From Nitrospirota bacterium (lineage in GTDB: Bacteria > Nitrospirota > UBA9217): DNA of 64,000 nucleotides. Of the stretch, positions 63,788 through 64,000 are shown piece by piece. The position numbers and the translations under genes were made by a program. How positions within the stretch are numbered: position 1 is the first letter of the stretch; each line of letters opens with the position of its first letter. The stretch covers positions 64,001-128,000 of the forward strand of contig CAVVOB010000030.1 of assembly GCA_963749655.1 (NCBI GenBank), written 5' to 3'. The notes beneath the pieces are model-generated. The model was given only the letters and a program-made list of their open reading frames with translations. It had not been told where the DNA came from and did no database searches.

Positions 63788-64000
63788 ATGAGTGCCGCGA
63801 ACGCAATGCAGATAGTGCAGGAAGCCATAGAAGCGCAGGGCGGGATGGATTACTGGAACAGCCTTGGCGCGCTCGACGTGGAAATCACAGCCCGCGGATT
63901 CCTTTTCACTGCAAAGGGCCGGCCGATTCTGGACCGCGTCCGCATGCGGGCCTACACGAGCGAGCCGCGATTCGCCTTCTTTGATTTTCCGAAGCCCGGA
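63788..64000 (+). CDS. Hypothetical protein, 3'-truncated by window edge
   Basis: RBS AAGGAG; MSAANA...AIEAQGG...W open to the end of the window. Confidence 0.6.
   Translation, partial: MSAANAMQIVQEAIEAQGGMDYWNSLGALDVEITARGFLFTAKGRPILDRVRMRAYTSEPRFAFFDFPKPG

Overview
GC-rich bacterial chromosomal segment. The gene content and a split atp operon without the F0 a/c subunits suggest Nitrospirota or a Deltaproteobacteria-like lineage (inference). Core genes: nadB, uvrA, atpF'-F-H-A-G-D-C, perR-fprA-rubredoxin, radC, pfkA, two-component sensors and a cold-shock protein. Two accessory operons stand out. One is a HEAT/GT2/YaiO-barrel/LTA-synthase exopolysaccharide locus (24.5-30.7 kb). The other is a PhcB-like methyltransferase, a type II FAS/PKS (KS+CLF, ACP, FabG, FabZ, methyltransferase, CrtI-like oxidoreductase) and a PhcS-like hybrid kinase (38.3-47.9 kb), which looks like a self-contained fatty-acyl signalling circuit. 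Two low-GC regions (16.9-23.0 kb, 49.7-58 kb) carry integron-type attC sites but no integron integrase in the window. They also hold two IS30 copies, an IS4-family element, an IS1182-like element, a MITE inserted at an attC core, a HigBA pair and a Y1 transposase bounded by 26-bp terminal inverted repeats. Many 1-bp frameshifts, including in ATP synthase genes, indicate assembly indel errors, so pseudogene calls are provisional. Family assignments come from motif recognition only; no searches were run.
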